Virus record (IMG/VR): IMGVR_UViG_3300008108_000206
Location: 1 to 59,526 of that record
DNA length: 59,526 bases
Reading direction: 5' to 3' (one strand)
From: a virus
Lineage: Duplodnaviria; Caudoviricetes
Shown here: one piece after another, positions 57,097 to 59,526 of the stretch
How positions within the stretch are numbered: the stretch's first letter is position 1
Layout of the letters: the number at the start of each line of letters is the position of its first letter
Notes under the pieces: generated by a model
What the model was told of the DNA's origin: nothing
What the model saw: only the letters and a program-made list of their open reading frames with translations
The model's database searches: none
Position numbers and translations under genes: made by a program

Positions 57097-57888
57097 ATGG
57101 AAAGAGTTTACTACTTAACAAAAGATACATCATTATTCTCGATCATTTATGATCTTCGAGTATTGAGATCTATTTTAAATTGGTATGCAATATCAATGCC
57201 AGTTTCTGAAGAATTAATGTTTAAGGAAGTGGTAAAGGGAAAATATTATCCTATGGATCCTATCACAGGATTTAAAGGATTTAAAACCTTTGCTGATATT
57301 CGTGATGAGATTAAAATTGTTAAACAAGAAGCAAATGGCGAAGTAGTTGCCTTTCAATCAGAAGGTATTTACAATGCTTCCGAAAATGATCCAGTAGCAG
57401 GCGTTGAAAAAATGATCATCGTCATGGATGATGAAAGAAGAAATGCTGTTATGAACGCTATGAGATATGTAGCAAAAGCAGTGATTGAGGAAGAGTACGA
57501 TAAAAAATTTATGGAACTTGATACAAATTCTCAAATGGAATCTTTATCATTTGAACTTCAGTATGAAGAAGCAATTGCATATATGAAAGACAATAATGCT
57601 GAAGTTCCTTTGTTAACGGCATTAGCCAATGCTAGAGAAATTTCAGTACAAGAGATGGTACACAAAACTATTAATGGAAGAAAAGCATTTAAGCAAAGTA
57701 TAACAGATCTTTTAGCAAAGATGACTTGGTTAAAAGGTCAGTTTAAAAATGCTGCTACAATTAGAGATCTAAATAGATTATATGAGGATTATTTTGGCAT
57801 TGCGATGCCAGAAACTCAAGCACAAGAAGAGGGAAGAGTTGTCGATTTCAAGAGAGTTGTTCCTGTAAAAATCGGATTACAGTTTTAG
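57097..57888 (+). CDS. fibre-linked helical protein (possible assembly chaperone)
   Basis: QYEEAIAY...VPLLTALANAREIS, similar to phage tail-fibre-assembly-like proteins. Confidence 0.55.
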   Translation: MERVYYLTKDTSLFSIIYDLRVLRSILNWYAISMPVSEELMFKEVVKGKYYPMDPITGFKGFKTFADIRDEIKIVKQEANGEVVAFQSEGIYNASENDPVAGVEKMIIVMDDERRNAVMNAMRYVAKAVIEEEYDKKFMELDTNSQMESLSFELQYEEAIAYMKDNNAEVPLLTALANAREISVQEMVHKTINGRKAFKQSITDLLAKMTWLKGQFKNAATIRDLNRLYEDYFGIAMPETQAQEEGRVVDFKRVVPVKIGLQF

Positions 57889-57906
57889 TATTATTTGGAG
57901 ATTGTT

Positions 57907-58650
57907 ATGTTAAGTAAAGAAACCATTTTGGCAAATGCCATACAGTTTTCCACTGGTCAAACAGATTATCAAAACGAAAACTTTGTCATGAATTCTCATG
58001 TCACAAAGTATCGTCAAATTCGCCAAGCTTTGCTAGAAATAGAAAATAGACATCATGGGTTGAGAAAAATAAAACTTGATATTAGAAGAGATAATATTAA
58101 AATTCAGAAATTAAAAAGAGATCTAGAATCATGCACAGACGAATTGGAAGCAGAACTTATTCGTGTTGATATTGAAGATTTTGAAAGTGATCAAGAAATT
58201 CGTAAAAGAAAATTAGAAAGACAAGAAAAAGAAATAGATTGTTTTGTTAAACGAGTGCAAGAAAATGTAGAAAAAGAAGAAGACATTCAAAAATACTTTG
58301 ATCAAGATCCTGAAGAAGAGAAAAAATATTGGGTTGCTCGTATGGGTAAACAAGCTGCTATGGATATTCTTTCGTTTGGAAGGATTAGCACAGGTAACTT
58401 AGACTCTATTTCTATGCTTCCAGAAGAAGAACAACTTCAAATTCTTTCTATTGGATTCCAGTATTCTAATCTTCTTGGTGGTCAATTAGCAAAGATTGAA
58501 GGAACAACTAGAGAATATACACAACAATTGTTATCAGATAATTCTAATCTTCGTCTACCAACTTTTGATGGTATCGAAGATAACATGGAACTAAAGATGA
58601 TTAATTCACTTAAGCAAATTGTAGAGCAGAAAAAACTAAAAGGCGAATGA
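57907..58650 (+). CDS. fibre-linked coiled-coil protein
   Basis: GGAG SD before ATG 57907; TKYRQIRQALLEIE.R; YWVARMGKQAAMD..SFGRISTGN. Confidence 0.7.
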   Translation: MLSKETILANAIQFSTGQTDYQNENFVMNSHVTKYRQIRQALLEIENRHHGLRKIKLDIRRDNIKIQKLKRDLESCTDELEAELIRVDIEDFESDQEIRKRKLERQEKEIDCFVKRVQENVEKEEDIQKYFDQDPEEEKKYWVARMGKQAAMDILSFGRISTGNLDSISMLPEEEQLQILSIGFQYSNLLGGQLAKIEGTTREYTQQLLSDNSNLRLPTFDGIEDNMELKMINSLKQIVEQKKLKGE

Positions 58651-58651
58651 A

Positions 58652-59386
58652 ATGAATAATAATTTTTGGGATTATTCGGTTGAACAATCAAAAACCGAAT
58701 TGAATGATATTCATCACATTTTTCCAACTACATTATTTGAAAGTACTATATCTATTTCAAATACTGAGGAAATATTGAAGGATTTAAATAAAAAATATTT
58801 ATTATCTGATGACTATGATATATCAAAATCTGTAGGTCCATATCTAAGAAATACAGAACAAAGTCTAGAAAAAAATAAAATATCTTTTTATACAGAAGAT
58901 ACTTTACACGAGAATGATATTTATTTTGAGTTAAAATGTCAAATAGAAATTATTGCACAAAAAATATTTGATGCATACTGTTATGAAAATATAACCCCAA
59001 GAGTAGAAACTATGTGGGGGAATGTTCTTGGTTATAATGGATATATTCATCCACATGCCCATAGTAATTCTATGTTCTCTGGAGTATGGTATCCAGAGGA
59101 TCCTCCTCAAGTATCAGAAGGATCTTTGTCAAATTATATAAAATTTATAGATCCAAATAGAATTAAATATTTTTTTATGCCTCAAGTGTCTCAAAAAAAT
59201 CATATTAATTCTGGAGAAATTTTTATTAAACCTAGAAAAGGTATGTGTTTAATTTTTCCATCTTGGTTAGAACATGATACTGTGCCAAACGAAAACCAAT
59301 CAGAAGTCAGATACAGTATAGCATTTAACTTATTCTTTAATGGTTCACTAGGATTTCCAAACTCGCTGAATAGATTAACAATATGA
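58652..59386 (+). CDS. 2OG-Fe(II) oxygenase (TIGR02466-like)
   Basis: WGN...HPHAHSNSMFSGVWY...FIDP...LIFPSWLEH.T.PN...RYSIAFN. Confidence 0.88.
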   Translation: MNNNFWDYSVEQSKTELNDIHHIFPTTLFESTISISNTEEILKDLNKKYLLSDDYDISKSVGPYLRNTEQSLEKNKISFYTEDTLHENDIYFELKCQIEIIAQKIFDAYCYENITPRVETMWGNVLGYNGYIHPHAHSNSMFSGVWYPEDPPQVSEGSLSNYIKFIDPNRIKYFFMPQVSQKNHINSGEIFIKPRKGMCLIFPSWLEHDTVPNENQSEVRYSIAFNLFFNGSLGFPNSLNRLTI

Positions 59387-59526
59387 AAAGTGACAAAATT
59401 ATCATCGTTGGCGGTGGTTCTGCTGGATGGATGAGTGCTGCTACGCTCATCCATTTTTTTCCAAATAAAGACATTACAGTAGTAGAGAGCCCAGACCATC
59501 CTATCTCAGGTGTTGGCGAAAGCACA
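59383..59526 (+). CDS. flavin-dependent tryptophan halogenase-like protein, 3'-truncated
   Basis: MKSDKIIIVGGGSAGWMSAA...ITVVESPDHPISGVGEST, a PrnA-type FAD-binding N-terminus; ATGA overlap. Confidence 0.88.
   Translation, partial: MKSDKIIIVGGGSAGWMSAATLIHFFPNKDITVVESPDHPISGVGEST

Noticed and set aside
90-59525. Minus-strand ORFs in the track (e.g. 5385..6176, 14133..14564, 41674..42120, 51495..51893)
   Set aside because: They are antisense shadows of well-supported + strand genes or regulatory elements, with no motifs of their own.
1-59526. tRNA/rRNA genes, introns or inteins
   Set aside because: I recognised no cloverleaf, rRNA, intron or intein motifs, and the large ORFs are continuous apart from the 31920 break. 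A covariance-model scan was not run.

Overview
This is a fragment of a T4-like cyanobacterial myovirus (cyanomyovirus) genome, with essentially all real genes on the + strand. Bases 1 to ~16.3 kb are an accessory/early region of about 55 small, mostly unknown ORFs. That region is punctuated by 11 copies of a 22-bp palindrome (GTG[C/A]CA-N10-TG[G/T]CAC); nine of them sit 28-30 bp upstream of a sigma70-type -10 box. It also holds a cluster of cyanobacterial-type DnaA boxes, a late-promoter-driven 620-aa nuclease-like gene and a GP88-family gene. An AT-rich, repeat-rich intergenic block at ~16.3-16.65 kb coincides with an apparent C-rich to G-rich strand switch. From ~17 kb comes the late structural module: PAAR, gp25, gp6, gp7-like, gp8, a VrlC-like protein whose 5' end is broken by an apparent deletion/frameshift, large fibre proteins and LamG proteins. 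The window ends with a 2OG-Fe(II) oxygenase and the start of a tryptophan-halogenase-like gene. The most striking observation is two tandem ~165-aa helical repeats inside the 2669-aa fibre protein. They resemble phycobiliprotein globin domains and keep cysteines at positions matching both bilin-attachment sites. All family calls come from motif recognition by eye; no database searches were run.
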